64,000 bases of DNA from an uncultured bacterium (GCA_964607485.1 CAZSKP010000021.1:13500-77499); one strand, 5' to 3'. Positions 43,360 to 54,678 are shown, counted from the stretch's first letter. A program made the numbers and translations. The notes: generated from the sequence alone by a model not told the origin.

Positions 43360-43431
43360 TGGGGAGTCGCCAAGCGGTAAGGCATCGGCCTTTGGAGCCG
43401 ACATGCGCAGGTTCGAATCCTGCCTCCCCAG
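43360..43431 (+). tRNA. tRNA-Gln (anticodon TTG)
   Basis: TGGGGAG/CTCCCCA acceptor stem, TCGGC-CT-TTG-GA-GCCGA anticodon arm, GGTTCGAATCC T arm; CCA not fully encoded. Confidence 0.96.
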
Positions 43432-43517
43432 CCGATTCTCGGCACAGCCAAGAATCGGCTGAGCAATCGAAAATCGAGAACAGACAAGAACAGATTGAAA
43501 ATGGTGAGCGTGCCCTG

Positions 43518-44897
43518 ATGGCGAAAAAAGAAGAGAGGCCTTTTGTCTGCGTCATACTCGCGGCCGGACAAGGCACCCGCATGAAATCGGAAACGCCGAA
43601 GGTGCTGCACAAGCTTTGCGGCAGGCCGATGGTGGACTATATCGTGCGGACGGTTCGCAAGCTGGAACCCGAGCAGATATATCTCGTCGTCGGATTCGAG
43701 GAGAAACTCGTGCGCCAATTTTTCGGCGACGGCGTTCGCTACGTCACTCAGAGCGAACAGCTCGGGACAGGACACGCGGTGCTGCAGGCCCACCGGGAGC
43801 TCTCCGGCTACGAGGGCGACGTGCTCGTCCTGTACGGCGACGTGCCGCTCGTTAAGGAGGAAACCCTGCGCGCGCTGCTCGAAAAGCACAGGAAAGCCCG
43901 TGCCTCCGCCACCCTTGTGACGACGCGGGTCTCCGACCCGACCGGCTTCGGCCGCATTGTGCGCAACCGTTCGGGCAAGATCGCCAAGATCGTCGAGGAA
44001 AAAGACGTCACGCCGGCTCAGAGGCGCATACGAAAAATCAATCCAGGCATCTACTGCTTCAGGGCTTCATCGCTGTTGGAAGCCCTCGCGAAGGTCGGCA
44101 GAGCGAACAAGCAGCAGGAGTATTACCTGACCGACGTGATAGAGATACTGGCCAAGCGGCGGAGGAAGGTCGAGACGATTACGACCGACGACGAGATCGA
44201 AATCATGCAGATCAACACCCGCAGGCAGCTCGCGCGACTGAACAGGATCATGCACCAGCGGGTGCTGGATCGGTTGATGGACGAGGGAGTCACGATAATC
44301 GACCCGCAGACCACCTTCGTGTCCGAGACAGTGAGGGTCGGGCGCGATGTGATTATCTATCCCTTCACCTACATCGAGGGATACACTCGTATAGGCGAGG
44401 GCAGCGTCATCGGCCCGCAGACGTACATCACCGACAGCGAGATCGGCCCGGGCGTCGTCATCGTCATGTCCTATCTGTCCTCGTGCGTCGTCCGCGACAA
44501 CAGCCGCATCGGCCCGTACTCGCACCTGAGACCCGAGGCGCTCATCGGCGAGAACGTCCACATAGGCAACTTCGTCGAGGTGAAAAAATCGCTCATCGAC
44601 GACGACTCGAAGGCGAACCATCTGACCTACATCGGCGACGCAAAGATCGGCAGGGGCGTAAACATCGGCGCCGGCACCATAACCGCCAACTACGACGGCG
44701 TGAGGAAAAGCGAAACCGTCATAGAGGACGGCGCCTCAATCGGAAGCGGCACCGTGCTGATTGCTCCCGTTCGCGTCGGAAAACGAGCGGTGACGGGCGC
44801 GGGCGCCATCGTTCCGAAGCGGCACGACATCCCGGCATACGCCGTGTTCGTGGGTATGCCGGCGCGTGAAATAAAAAAGGAAGAGGGGAAGGCCTAG
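43518..44897 (+). CDS. glmU: bifunctional GlcNAc-1-P uridyltransferase/GlcN-1-P acetyltransferase
   Basis: LAAGQGTRMKS..PKVLH, QLGTGHAV, EYYLTD, GNFVEVK, HLTYIGD, NYDG. Confidence 0.98.
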   Translation: MAKKEERPFVCVILAAGQGTRMKSETPKVLHKLCGRPMVDYIVRTVRKLEPEQIYLVVGFEEKLVRQFFGDGVRYVTQSEQLGTGHAVLQAHRELSGYEGDVLVLYGDVPLVKEETLRALLEKHRKARASATLVTTRVSDPTGFGRIVRNRSGKIAKIVEEKDVTPAQRRIRKINPGIYCFRASSLLEALAKVGRANKQQEYYLTDVIEILAKRRRKVETITTDDEIEIMQINTRRQLARLNRIMHQRVLDRLMDEGVTIIDPQTTFVSETVRVGRDVIIYPFTYIEGYTRIGEGSVIGPQTYITDSEIGPGVVIVMSYLSSCVVRDNSRIGPYSHLRPEALIGENVHIGNFVEVKKSLIDDDSKANHLTYIGDAKIGRGVNIGAGTITANYDGVRKSETVIEDGASIGSGTVLIAPVRVGKRAVTGAGAIVPKRHDIPAYAVFVGMPAREIKKEEGKA

Positions 44898-44926
44898 AGC
44901 CTTCGCCCGCAAAAGGAGAAGACCAA

Positions 44927-45658
44927 ATGGAAATGGTTGAACTGAAGGCGAACGTTCGACCTCAAACGGGCAAGAAGGGCGCGAGAGAATGCAGAAAGAA
45001 GGGCCTGCTGCCCGGGATACTCTACGGTAAGAGCGACCCGACGACCCCCGTGACGGTGAACCCGAAGGAGCTCGACCGCGTCCTCCACACACACGCGGGC
45101 GGCAACGTCATCATAAAGCTGTCCGTCGAGGAGCGGGGCGGCGAGCCTGTGACCGTCGTGGTCAAGGAACTGCAGGTGGACCAAATCCGCGGAACGATGA
45201 GCCACGTCGATTTCTGTCATATATCGCTCGACGAGATGATACGCACCGAGGTGCCGTTCAGGGTCGTCGGAGAAGCGCCCGGAGTCAAGATGGGAGGCAT
45301 CCTGGAGCACATCCTCTGGGAGCTCGAAATCGAGAGCCTGCCGCTGGATATTCCCGACTACATCGAGGTGGACGTGAGCGAACTGAATATCGGCGATTCC
45401 ATCGCTGTCTCCGCCCTCAAGGTGCCCGAAAGCGTCACCGTATTGACCGACTGGGATACGACAGTCGTCGCGGTCGCCGCGCCACGGGTCGAGGAAGTGG
45501 TCGAAGCCGCTCCGGAGGCCGAGGAGGTTGAAGGCGCCGAACCGGAGGTCGTGGGCGCTAAGGCCGAAAAGGAGGCCGAGGGCGCCGAGGGGAAAGAAAA
45601 AGCTGAGTCAGCCGAAGAGAAGAAAAAGCCGGCGGAGAAACGGAAATCTAAAGAGTGA
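44927..45658 (+). CDS. rplY: 50S ribosomal protein L25/Ctc
   Basis: PGILYG, HVDF, GEAPGVKMGG, acidic tail. Confidence 0.95.
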   Translation: MEMVELKANVRPQTGKKGARECRKKGLLPGILYGKSDPTTPVTVNPKELDRVLHTHAGGNVIIKLSVEERGGEPVTVVVKELQVDQIRGTMSHVDFCHISLDEMIRTEVPFRVVGEAPGVKMGGILEHILWELEIESLPLDIPDYIEVDVSELNIGDSIAVSALKVPESVTVLTDWDTTVVAVAAPRVEEVVEAAPEAEEVEGAEPEVVGAKAEKEAEGAEGKEKAESAEEKKKPAEKRKSKE

Positions 45659-46212
45659 AGGTCGTCGTCGGACTTGGGAATCCGGGACGAGAGTACGCGC
45701 TCACGCGCCACAACCTCGGCTTTATGGTGGTGGACAGATTCGCTGCGGCCCACCGTCTCTCATTCTCACGGCAGAAGTTCAAGTCGAAAATAGCCACCGG
45801 CACGGTCGAAGGCGAAGACGTCGTTCTGGTGAAGCCTCGGACGTTCATGAACCTAAGCGGCGATGCAGTCGGGCCGCTTGTTCGTTTTTACAAACGGCCT
45901 CTGTCGGAGCTGCTGGTGGTATATGACGACATCGACATCCCTTTCGGGAACGTCCGGCTCAGGCCATCGGGAAGCTCGGGCGGTCACAAGGGGATGAAGT
46001 CGATAATAACGAATCTCGGCAGCGACGAGTTTCCCCGGCTGCGGGTCGGCATTCGCGGAGATGTTCCGGCGGGCGACCTGAGCGACTATGTGCTCGACCG
46101 ATTTACGGCCGAGGAGAAGGCTGAGCTCGAGGGAATCATTCAGAGGGCCTGCGACGCCGTCGAGGCGGTGATAAGCGGCCCCTTTGAAAAAGCAATGAGT
46201 CGGTTCAACTGA
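45655..46212 (+). CDS. pth: peptidyl-tRNA hydrolase
   Basis: VGLGNPG..TRHNLGF, TFMNLSG, GGHKG, RLRVGI. Confidence 0.97.
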   Translation: MKVVVGLGNPGREYALTRHNLGFMVVDRFAAAHRLSFSRQKFKSKIATGTVEGEDVVLVKPRTFMNLSGDAVGPLVRFYKRPLSELLVVYDDIDIPFGNVRLRPSGSSGGHKGMKSIITNLGSDEFPRLRVGIRGDVPAGDLSDYVLDRFTAEEKAELEGIIQRACDAVEAVISGPFEKAMSRFN

Positions 46213-46222
46213 GGTGGAAAAA

Positions 46223-47914
46223 ATGAAAAAAGCCGCGAGAAGGAAAGGTAACGAGAGAAGTCGGGAGATGGTGGAAGGAGTGGCGAAAGGACCCCACCGG
46301 TCTCTGTTCAAGGCCATGGGCCTCACCGACAAGGAACTGTCTGCGCCACTCGTGGGTATCGCGTGCTCATACAACGAGATAATACCCGGACACATCCACC
46401 TCGACAAGATAGCGCAGGCGGTCAAAGACGGCGTGCGCATGGCGGGGGCCACGCCCATCATGTTCGGAACGATAGGAGTGTGCGACGGCATCGCCATGAA
46501 CCACGAGGGCATGAAATACTCTCTCGGAAGCCGCGAGCTGGTGGCCGACTCGGTCGAGATAATGGCGCGCGCCCATCCGTTCGACGGGCTGGTGCTCGTG
46601 CCCAACTGCGACAAGATAGTCCCCGGCATGGTGATGGCCGCAGCCAGGCTGAACATCCCCGCCGTTATCTGCAGCGGCGGCCCGATGCTGGCCGGCAGGC
46701 TCGACGGAAATGCGATCGACGTCAACACGATGTTCGCAGGCATCCCGAAAGCCTCGAGCGGCGAAATAAGCGAGATGGTCTGGAAGGAGATGGAAGACTG
46801 CGCCTGTCCGGGCGCGGGCTCTTGCGCGGGCATGTTCACGGCCAACACAATGAACTGCCTGTGCGAGGGGCTCGGCATCGCGCTGCCGGGCAACGGGACG
46901 ATACCGGCCGTGTTCGCCGAACGCTACCGGCTGGCGAAGGAAGCCGGCATGGCGGTCGTGAACCTCATAAAAAGGGGCATTCGTCCGCGCGACATCATGT
47001 CGAAGAAGGCCGTAGGAAACGCGATCGCGCTCGACATGGCCTTCGGAGGTTCGTCGAACTCGGCGCTCCACCTGCCGGCAATCGCGCATGAGCTCGGCAT
47101 CGTCCTGCCGCTTCGAGAATTCAACAGGGTATCCGAGCGGACGCCTCACATATGCAACATGGCTCCCGGCGGGCCGCATCACCTCGAAGACTTGTACTAC
47201 GCCGGCGGAGTGCAGGCGATACTCAAGACACTGCTCGGCGGACGGCTGGTAGATGGCAGCGCGGTGACGGTCACCGCCAAGAGCCTCGCAGCGTCCGTGC
47301 GAACGGCGGGCGTCAAGGACGCCAATGTCATCAGGCCGCTGAGCGACCCCTATCACAAGACGGGCGGGCTGGCGGTACTTTTCGGAAACCTCGCGCCCGA
47401 GGGAGCAATCGTGAAGCAGTCGGCGGTCGCGCCTGAGATGCTCAAGCACAGCGGGCCGGCTCGCATATTCGAGAGCGAACACGACGCGGCGGAAGCCATT
47501 ATCGCCAGAAAGATTCGGGCGGGCGAGGTGCTCGTGATACGCTACGAGGGCCCGAAGGGAGGCCCCGGCATGCAGGAAATGCTCACGCCGACCGCCGCAA
47601 TAAAAGGAATAGGAATGGATAAGGACGTCGCCCTGATAACGGACGGCCGCTTCTCTGGCGCGACGACCGGAGCTTCGATCGGACACGTCTCGCCCGAGGC
47701 CATGGCGGGCGGACCCATCGCCGCGCTTCGCAACGGTGATACCATTCAGATAGACATTCCGGCAAAGAAGCTTAACGTCCGGCTCACGAAAGCCGAGATA
47801 AAGAAGCGTTTGAAGGCTTGGCGACCGCCGAAGCCGAAGATATCCACCGGATACCTGGGCCGCTATGCAAGGCTGGTGACGTCGGGCGGCACGGGTGCGG
47901 TTTTCGAGGACTGA
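46223..47914 (+). CDS. ilvD: dihydroxy-acid dehydratase
   Basis: [51 protein letters not shown]. Confidence 0.97.
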   Translation: MKKAARRKGNERSREMVEGVAKGPHRSLFKAMGLTDKELSAPLVGIACSYNEIIPGHIHLDKIAQAVKDGVRMAGATPIMFGTIGVCDGIAMNHEGMKYSLGSRELVADSVEIMARAHPFDGLVLVPNCDKIVPGMVMAAARLNIPAVICSGGPMLAGRLDGNAIDVNTMFAGIPKASSGEISEMVWKEMEDCACPGAGSCAGMFTANTMNCLCEGLGIALPGNGTIPAVFAERYRLAKEAGMAVVNLIKRGIRPRDIMSKKAVGNAIALDMAFGGSSNSALHLPAIAHELGIVLPLREFNRVSERTPHICNMAPGGPHHLEDLYYAGGVQAILKTLLGGRLVDGSAVTVTAKSLAASVRTAGVKDANVIRPLSDPYHKTGGLAVLFGNLAPEGAIVKQSAVAPEMLKHSGPARIFESEHDAAEAIIARKIRAGEVLVIRYEGPKGGPGMQEMLTPTAAIKGIGMDKDVALITDGRFSGATTGASIGHVSPEAMAGGPIAALRNGDTIQIDIPAKKLNVRLTKAEIKKRLKAWRPPKPKISTGYLGRYARLVTSGGTGAVFED

Positions 47915-47941
47915 TAGAGGAAAGGTACGGGTTTGGTTCGT

Positions 47942-49618
47942 ATGTCAACTATGTCGGGTGCGCAGATATTCGTTGAATCGCTCTTGAAGGAAAAGGTCGA
48001 TGTCATTTTCGGGATACCCGGAGGAGTGGTGATTCCCGTGTTCGACGCGCTGTTCGACGCGCCGATAAGAATGATTCTCACGCGTCATGAGCAGGGCGCC
48101 GCGCACGCGGCCGACGGCTACGCGCGCGCGACGGGCAGGGTAGGGGTGTGCCTCGTCACATCCGGGCCGGGCGCATGCAACACCGTCACGGGCCTGGCCA
48201 CGGCCAACATGGACTCCGTCCCGATAGTTGTCATCACCGGCCAGGTGCCTACTCCCATGATCGGCAACGACGCGTTCCAGGAGGCCGACATCGTCGGAAT
48301 CACCCGGCCCGTCACGAAGCACAACTTCCTGTTGCGAGACACGAAAGACATCGCGAGAGTGATGAAGGAGGCGTTCCACATCGCGTCCACGGGCAGACCC
48401 GGCCCCGTGCTCATAGACCTGCCGAAGGATGTCGCAACCGGCGAGGCCGAGTTTCACTATCCTTCGAACGCCGCCATCAGAGGATACAGGCCGGTCGTCG
48501 AGGGCAACATGAAGCAGATAAAGCGCGCCGCCGAGTTGATAAATTCGTCCCGCAGGGCCGTCATCTATGCGGGCGGCGGCGTGATATTGTCGAATGCGGC
48601 GGCGGAACTCGCGCAGCTCGCTCATAAGACGAAGATACCCGTGACCACAAGCATGCTCGGGTTGGGCGGCTTTCCCGCCGACGACGAGCTGTTTCTCGGC
48701 ATGCCCGGGATGCACGGCACGCGTTACGCCAACTACGCGCTTTCCGAGTGCGACCTCATCGTCGCCGTCGGAACGCGTTTTGACGACCGAGTCACGGGGA
48801 ATATCAAGGAGTTTGCGGTTCACGCGCAGGTGATCCACATCGACATCGACCCGACGGCCATAAGCAAGAGCGTGCGGGTGCATGTGCCCATCGTCGGGGA
48901 CGCCGGCAGAGTTCTTGCCAAGCTGGTTCCTCTGGTCAAGCGGGTGAACAACAAGGAGTGGCTGAAACAGATCGACGAGTGGAAGAAGAAATATCCGCTC
49001 GTGTATAAAGACACCGGCTCGGAAATCAAGCCCCAGTATGTCGTCCAGCAGATTTGCGAGGCCACCCGGGGCAAGGCGATCATAACTACCGAGGTCGGCC
49101 AGAATCAGATGTGGGCGGCGCAATATTATAAGTTCAACTCGCCCCGCACGTTTCTCTCGTCGGGAGGGCTGGGCACGATGGGGTACGGCCTGCCCGCCGC
49201 CATCGGAGCGCAGATAGGTTGTCCCGACAAGGTCGTGTTCGACATAGCGGGCGACGGCAGCATACAGATGAACATCCAGGAGCTGGCGACGGCGGTCCAC
49301 AACAAGCTGCCCATCAACGTCGCCATACTCAACAACCATTTCCTGGGCATGGTCAGGCAGTGGCAGGAGTTGTTCCACAACCGGCGATATTCCTCCACAT
49401 GCCTCATCGACAATCCCGATTTTGTGAAACTCGCCGAGGCGTACGGAGCGAAGGGCGTTAGGGTCACCAAGAAGAAAGACGTGCGGCCGGCCATCGAGGA
49501 AGCGGTGAAGACGCCCGGGCCGGTCATCCTCGACTTTGAAGTGACGCGCGAAGAGAACGTGTATCCGATGGTTCCAGTCGGCGCGGGCATTCATGAGATG
49601 ATCGGGGGGCTTGCATGA
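47942..49618 (+). CDS. ilvB: acetolactate synthase large subunit
   Basis: RHEQGAAHAADGYAR, TSGPG, DAFQE, RFDDRVTG, GDGSIQMN, LGMVRQWQ. Confidence 0.97.
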   Translation: MSTMSGAQIFVESLLKEKVDVIFGIPGGVVIPVFDALFDAPIRMILTRHEQGAAHAADGYARATGRVGVCLVTSGPGACNTVTGLATANMDSVPIVVITGQVPTPMIGNDAFQEADIVGITRPVTKHNFLLRDTKDIARVMKEAFHIASTGRPGPVLIDLPKDVATGEAEFHYPSNAAIRGYRPVVEGNMKQIKRAAELINSSRRAVIYAGGGVILSNAAAELAQLAHKTKIPVTTSMLGLGGFPADDELFLGMPGMHGTRYANYALSECDLIVAVGTRFDDRVTGNIKEFAVHAQVIHIDIDPTAISKSVRVHVPIVGDAGRVLAKLVPLVKRVNNKEWLKQIDEWKKKYPLVYKDTGSEIKPQYVVQQICEATRGKAIITTEVGQNQMWAAQYYKFNSPRTFLSSGGLGTMGYGLPAAIGAQIGCPDKVVFDIAGDGSIQMNIQELATAVHNKLPINVAILNNHFLGMVRQWQELFHNRRYSSTCLIDNPDFVKLAEAYGAKGVRVTKKKDVRPAIEEAVKTPGPVILDFEVTREENVYPMVPVGAGIHEMIGGLA

Positions 49619-50121
49619 AACACACAATCTCGGTTCTGGTGGAAAACCAGTTCGGCGTGCTGGCACGCATCTCGGGCCTGTTCAGCGGACGCGGCTTCAA
49701 TATCGACAGCCTGTCGGTCGGCGAGACCGAAGACCCGACGGTCTCCCGCATCACGCTCGTCGTCAAGGGCGACGACGTGATAATCGAGCAAATCATGAAA
49801 CAGCTCAACAAGCTTGTGGACGTGATAAAGGTCAACGACCTGACCGAAGACGAATTCATCGACAGGGAGCTCGCGCTCATCAAGGTCCGTTCCGACGGCA
49901 AGACTCGGTCCGAGATCATGCAGGTCGTCGATATATTCAGGGGCAAGATAGTGGACGTGGCGCCTCAGTCGCTCACCGTCGAGGTGACCGGCACGGAGGA
50001 TAAGGTTCAGGGAATGATGGACCTGCTGCGCGAGTTCGGCATAAGGGAAGTCGTGCGGAGCGGCAAGATAGCCATCTCTCGCGACAAGAAGACAATACCG
50101 CGCGGACGAAAACAGGGCTGA
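49615..50121 (+). CDS. ilvN: acetolactate synthase small subunit
   Basis: VENQFGVLARISGLF..NIDSLSV, QLNKLVDV, RELALIK. Confidence 0.97.
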   Translation: MKHTISVLVENQFGVLARISGLFSGRGFNIDSLSVGETEDPTVSRITLVVKGDDVIIEQIMKQLNKLVDVIKVNDLTEDEFIDRELALIKVRSDGKTRSEIMQVVDIFRGKIVDVAPQSLTVEVTGTEDKVQGMMDLLREFGIREVVRSGKIAISRDKKTIPRGRKQG

Positions 50122-50249
50122 AAGAAGCCGGATTCGTGGCCTGTCCGCCGACCCGGTTGGCAAACCGGCCAAACAAATGATAGAATAGCTTGAACAGGGG
50201 AAGCTGACCTGGCGGATACAACGATGCCTTATCATATAAAAGAAAGTCT

Positions 50250-51533
50250 ATGCCTTCGACAATTGCCGAGAAAATACTGGCGAAGCATGCCGGTGTGGAG
50301 GAAGTTTCACCCGGCGAACTGATCAACGCCGCAGTTGATTTCGCGCTGGGAAACGACATTACTGCTCCGATTGCAATTGAAGCGTTCGAACAAATAAACG
50401 CCCCCAAGGTCTTCGACCCCTCCCGAATCGCCCTCATCGCCGACCACTTCGTTCCCAACAAAGACATCCAGACGGCCGAGCAAGTGAAACGAATGCGCAC
50501 GTTCGCGCGCAAGTACGGCATCGAGCATTTCTACGAAGTCGGCAAGATGGGCGTCGAGCACGCGCTTCTGCCCGAGATGGGCCTCGTGCTGCCGGGCGAC
50601 CTCGTGATAGGCGCCGACTCGCACACGTGCACGTACGGCGCGCTGGGCGCGTTCTCGACCGGCGTGGGCAGCACCGACCTCGCCGCCGCGATGGCCACGG
50701 GCGAGGCATGGCTGAAAGTTCCCGAGACCATCAAGTTCGTCTATTATGGGCAGCCGTCCGCGTGGGTTTCGGGCAAAGACATCATCCTCTACACCATCGG
50801 CCGCATCGGAGTCGATGGCGCGCTCTATTGTGTGATGGAATTCTGTGGCGATACGCTGTCGTTTCTCTCGATGGCCGACAGACTCGCCATGTGCAACATG
50901 GCGGTCGAGGCTGGCGCGAAAGCCGGAATCATGGAGCCTGACAAAGTAACGCTCGACTATGTCAGGCCGCGGGCGAGGAGAAAGTTTGAGGTCTTCCAGA
51001 GCGACCCGGGCGCGCAGTACCGCGAGGTCGTCGAATTCGACGTCGGCACAATAGGCCTCCAGGTGGCATTCCCGTCGCTTCCGTCCAATACGAGGCCGGT
51101 CGAGGAAGCGAACGGCGTCGAAATCGACCAGGTGGTGATAGGCTCATGCACCAACGGCCGGATAGAGGACATGCGCGTCGCGGCCGAGATTCTCAGCGGA
51201 CAGAAGGTGCATCCCAACGTCAGGTGCCTCATCATACCGGCGACCCCAACCGTGTTCAGACTTTGCAGCGTGGAAGGTCTGACTGACATCTTCCTGGAGG
51301 CCGGCGCGGCCGTGTGTACCCCAACGTGCGGGCCCTGCCTGGGAGGCCACATGGGAATACTGGCCGAAGGCGAGCGAGCGCTCGCGACAACGAACCGCAA
51401 TTTCGTCGGTCGAATGGGACACCCGAAAAGCGAGGTCTATCTCGCAGGTCCGGCGGTGGCGGCCGCAACCGCCATCGCGGGAAAGATAAGCAGTCCCGAA
51501 CAGGTTTTGCCCAAACGTTCTGATCGAAAGTGA
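50250..51533 (+). CDS. leuC: 3-isopropylmalate dehydratase large subunit (LeuC/HacA type)
   Basis: DHFVP, GADSHTCT, IGSCTNGR, CGPCLG, TNRNFVGRMG. Confidence 0.9.
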   Translation: MPSTIAEKILAKHAGVEEVSPGELINAAVDFALGNDITAPIAIEAFEQINAPKVFDPSRIALIADHFVPNKDIQTAEQVKRMRTFARKYGIEHFYEVGKMGVEHALLPEMGLVLPGDLVIGADSHTCTYGALGAFSTGVGSTDLAAAMATGEAWLKVPETIKFVYYGQPSAWVSGKDIILYTIGRIGVDGALYCVMEFCGDTLSFLSMADRLAMCNMAVEAGAKAGIMEPDKVTLDYVRPRARRKFEVFQSDPGAQYREVVEFDVGTIGLQVAFPSLPSNTRPVEEANGVEIDQVVIGSCTNGRIEDMRVAAEILSGQKVHPNVRCLIIPATPTVFRLCSVEGLTDIFLEAGAAVCTPTCGPCLGGHMGILAEGERALATTNRNFVGRMGHPKSEVYLAGPAVAAATAIAGKISSPEQVLPKRSDRK

Positions 51534-52252
51534 TGGATGAGAAAATGCCAATTCAGAAGCTGCTGGATGTTCAGAAGGTCGATTTGATGATAAGGGATTT
51601 GGAGACAGAGGCCGCCGCCATCCCACGACAGATTGAAGAATGGGATAGCGCCCTCAACGCCGAAAGGGAAGAGCTCACGGAGCTGGAGGCGGAAATCGGG
51701 GAAATCAGGAAGGAGCAGCGTCACCTCGAACGCCAGCTTGACCAGAAACAGCAGAGCCTCGCGAAATATAACGCACAATTGCCCTCGATAAAAACCAACC
51801 GGGAATACAAGGCGATCCTCGTAGAAATCGACATGGTCGAGAAGGAAATCTCGAACATCGAAGAAAAAGTGCTAATGAAAATGGATGAGATCGAGAGAAT
51901 AGGCGCAAGAACAAAGAGTAAGGAAGCCGAGATAAAAAGGGCAAAGGAAGAAATAGAGAGAGAAAAAGAAAAGCTCAGGCAAAGGCAAAAGGCGTTGGAG
52001 GATTCGCTCAAGGGAACTCGGTCTCAACGAGAAGACTTTGTTGCCTCGGTGGACAACTCCCTCCTCAGCCAATACGACAGGATTCGAGTGCGCAAGGGGG
52101 GAGTGGCGGTTGCGCGCATTCTGGACGAATCCTGCGGCGCATGCCACATGGCCCTTCCGCCACAGGTTGTGAATGAAGTGATAGGCGGCAAAATAAAATC
52201 GTGCCCGAGTTGCTCGCGCCTGCTCTACTGGGACGAAGAAGACGAAGACTAG
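51530..52252 (+). CDS. coiled-coil protein with C4-type zinc ribbon (DUF164 type)
   Basis: long coiled coil, NREYKA, CGACH..CPSCSRLLY. Confidence 0.9.
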   Translation: MMDEKMPIQKLLDVQKVDLMIRDLETEAAAIPRQIEEWDSALNAEREELTELEAEIGEIRKEQRHLERQLDQKQQSLAKYNAQLPSIKTNREYKAILVEIDMVEKEISNIEEKVLMKMDEIERIGARTKSKEAEIKRAKEEIEREKEKLRQRQKALEDSLKGTRSQREDFVASVDNSLLSQYDRIRVRKGGVAVARILDESCGACHMALPPQVVNEVIGGKIKSCPSCSRLLYWDEEDED

Positions 52253-52364
52253 GTCACGCTCAACCGACGTGTTGTCATATCCGATGCTTTCAACGATTCT
52301 CGCAATTGCCGCCACCGGAGCGAAGACGCTTTGCCCCCCGGCCGGAAATTGAAACGACACCCCG

Positions 52365-53681
52365 ATGAATTCCCTTGATTATCTTCTTTCCTTTCAGCGA
52401 TTCGGCATCAAGCTGGGACTGGACAACATAACCTACCTGCTCCAGCGGATAGGAAACCCGCATCACCGTTTTCCCGCGATACATGTCGGGGGCACGAACG
52501 GAAAGGGGTCCGTCGTCGCCTTCGTCCATTCCGTCCTCGTGGGAATGGGATACAAAGTGGGCCGATACATCTCGCCCCATCTCGTGGACTTTTCCGAGCG
52601 GATTCTCATAAACGACGTTCCCATAAGCGCGCCGGAGATAGACGCGCTGGTCGATGAGCTTCGCCCCATCGTGGACGAGATGCAGGGAAATTCCGCGCTG
52701 GGCCATCCGACGTTCTTCGAGGCCGTCACGGCGATGGCGTTCCAGCACTTTGCCCGCCACGAGGTGGACTTCGCGGTGGTCGAGGTGGGAATGGGGGGCC
52801 GATACGATTCGACAAACGTGGTGCGGCCCTGCCTGTCGGTCATCACCAACGTGCACATGGAACATCGCGATTACCTCGGTGACACAATAGAAAAGATCGC
52901 GGTCGAGAAGGCCGGGATAATCAAGCCGGGCATCGACGTTGTCTCCGCCGCCGAGCGGCCGGAGGTCAAGAAGATAATAGATTCCAAGGCCGAAGAGTGC
53001 GGCGCCAACGTGTATTATCTGTCCCGGGATTTTCAGGCAACGACTCGCACCGGCGCCTATCCCCGGCAATGGGTCGATTTCACGAGCCCGTGGAAGAAAC
53101 TGACAGAGGTGGAAATAAACCTTGCGGGCGATTTTCAGGCGCAGAATGCGGCCCTCGCGTTGATGGGCCTCAGCATTCTTGAGCGAAAGGGCATTATCCC
53201 TTCGGATGAAAGCGCGCTTCGCAAAGGAATGGCGGAGACCAACTGGCCCGCGCGGCTCGAGAAGCTGGCCGATTCGCCGCTGATTCTTCTGGACGCGGCC
53301 CATAATCCGTCCGCGATGCGGCGCCTGGTGGACGCAATGCAGGAACTCTTCCCCGGCCGCAGGATAGTGTTGGTCGTGGGGATGCTGGGGGACAAAGACG
53401 TCGTGCAGTGTCTCGAAACGCTGAGGGAATTGGCGAACGCCGTCATTGCGACACAGCCGACGTACGAGCGGGCAATGGCCGCCGAACGACTCGCCCAACT
53501 GGCAGGCGGGGTGTTTGAGACCGTGACGTGCGTCCAATCCATCGCGGCCGCCATGAGGCAGGCCCTCGCGCTTGCCGGCCCGAAAGACATCGTGCTCGTC
53601 GCGGGTTCGCTTTTCAACGTCGCGGAGGTCAAGGCGTTCGTTTCGGGCATGCCGGCCGAAAAGGCGCGCCCGCGCGTATGA
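52365..53681 (+). CDS. folC: folylpolyglutamate synthase/dihydrofolate synthase
   Basis: GTNGKGS, SPHL, TFFE, EVGMGG, EKAGIIK, LDAAHN, AGSLF. Confidence 0.96.
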   Translation: MNSLDYLLSFQRFGIKLGLDNITYLLQRIGNPHHRFPAIHVGGTNGKGSVVAFVHSVLVGMGYKVGRYISPHLVDFSERILINDVPISAPEIDALVDELRPIVDEMQGNSALGHPTFFEAVTAMAFQHFARHEVDFAVVEVGMGGRYDSTNVVRPCLSVITNVHMEHRDYLGDTIEKIAVEKAGIIKPGIDVVSAAERPEVKKIIDSKAEECGANVYYLSRDFQATTRTGAYPRQWVDFTSPWKKLTEVEINLAGDFQAQNAALALMGLSILERKGIIPSDESALRKGMAETNWPARLEKLADSPLILLDAAHNPSAMRRLVDAMQELFPGRRIVLVVGMLGDKDVVQCLETLRELANAVIATQPTYERAMAAERLAQLAGGVFETVTCVQSIAAAMRQALALAGPKDIVLVAGSLFNVAEVKAFVSGMPAEKARPRV

Positions 53682-53697
53682 TAGAATAGGGCAGGGG

Positions 53698-54678
53698 ATG
53701 GGAAGAGTGAAACCTCTCTATTACATAGGGATCGACATAGGGGCCACATGGATTAAGGCGGGAATCGTGACGAGCGGCGGAAAGCTCGTCTCAAAGGAGG
53801 AGTTCGAGACAAAGCATCTCACCGGACCGGCCCACTTCGTGAGCGTATCGAAAGACACAATGGGGCGGCTGCTCGACACGAACGGGATTGAAAAAGCGGC
53901 CGTCGGAGGCATAGGCGTCGGAGCGCCGGGATGGGTGAACTACTCGAAGGGACTCGTGCGCGAATTGACCAACATGCCCGGCTGGCATGATGTCCCCCTC
54001 GTCGAACTCCTCGAGGAGGCGACCGGCTTGAAATCGGTCGTCGATAACGACGCGAACGTGATGGCCATAGGCGAGCTGGCCTACGGGGCGGGACGCGGCC
54101 ACAAGAATTTCGTCTGCCTCACGCTCGGCACCGGCGTCGGCGGGGCAGTCGTCATAGACGGTGAGGTCTATAGGGGAACCGACGGACTCGCGGGTGAGAT
54201 CGGCCACATGGTCCTCGACCTGAACGGCCGCCCATGCGCGTGCGGAGCCAAAGGCTGCCTGGAGAGATATGTCGGCAACCGCTTCATCGTTGCCAATGCA
54301 TTGGAACGACTTGAAAGACACACCCAAGCCCACGGCGAGAGTGCGCTCCTGAACCTGGCGGGGGGACAGACCGAAAACATCACGCCGAAGCTGCTCGCCG
54401 AAGCGGCGGCGCAGGGGGACGAGCTTGCGCTCGACGTGTGGCGCGAAACAGGTCACTACCTGGGCGTCGCGCTGGCGGTTCTGGTGAACCTCTTGAATCC
54501 CGAGTGCTTCATAGTCGGCGGGGGAGTGGCCGAGGCGGGGCCGGTTCTGTTCGACCCGATGCGCGAAACGATGGAGTCGCTGGCAATGAACAGATTGGGA
54601 AAGGCTACGCCCATATTCGAAGCACAGATGAGAGAGGATGCGGGGCTCGTCGGCGCGGCCACGTTTGCCATGGGGTGA
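53698..54678 (+). CDS. ROK family sugar kinase (glucokinase-like)
   Basis: GIDIGAT, DNDAN, TLGTGVGG, GEIGH, CACGAKGCLE. Confidence 0.93.
   Translation: MGRVKPLYYIGIDIGATWIKAGIVTSGGKLVSKEEFETKHLTGPAHFVSVSKDTMGRLLDTNGIEKAAVGGIGVGAPGWVNYSKGLVRELTNMPGWHDVPLVELLEEATGLKSVVDNDANVMAIGELAYGAGRGHKNFVCLTLGTGVGGAVVIDGEVYRGTDGLAGEIGHMVLDLNGRPCACGAKGCLERYVGNRFIVANALERLERHTQAHGESALLNLAGGQTENITPKLLAEAAAQGDELALDVWRETGHYLGVALAVLVNLLNPECFIVGGGVAEAGPVLFDPMRETMESLAMNRLGKATPIFEAQMREDAGLVGAATFAMG

Noticed and set aside
43359-43517. N-terminal extension of the glmU ORF
   Set aside because: It runs through tRNA-Gln; the true start is ATG 43518
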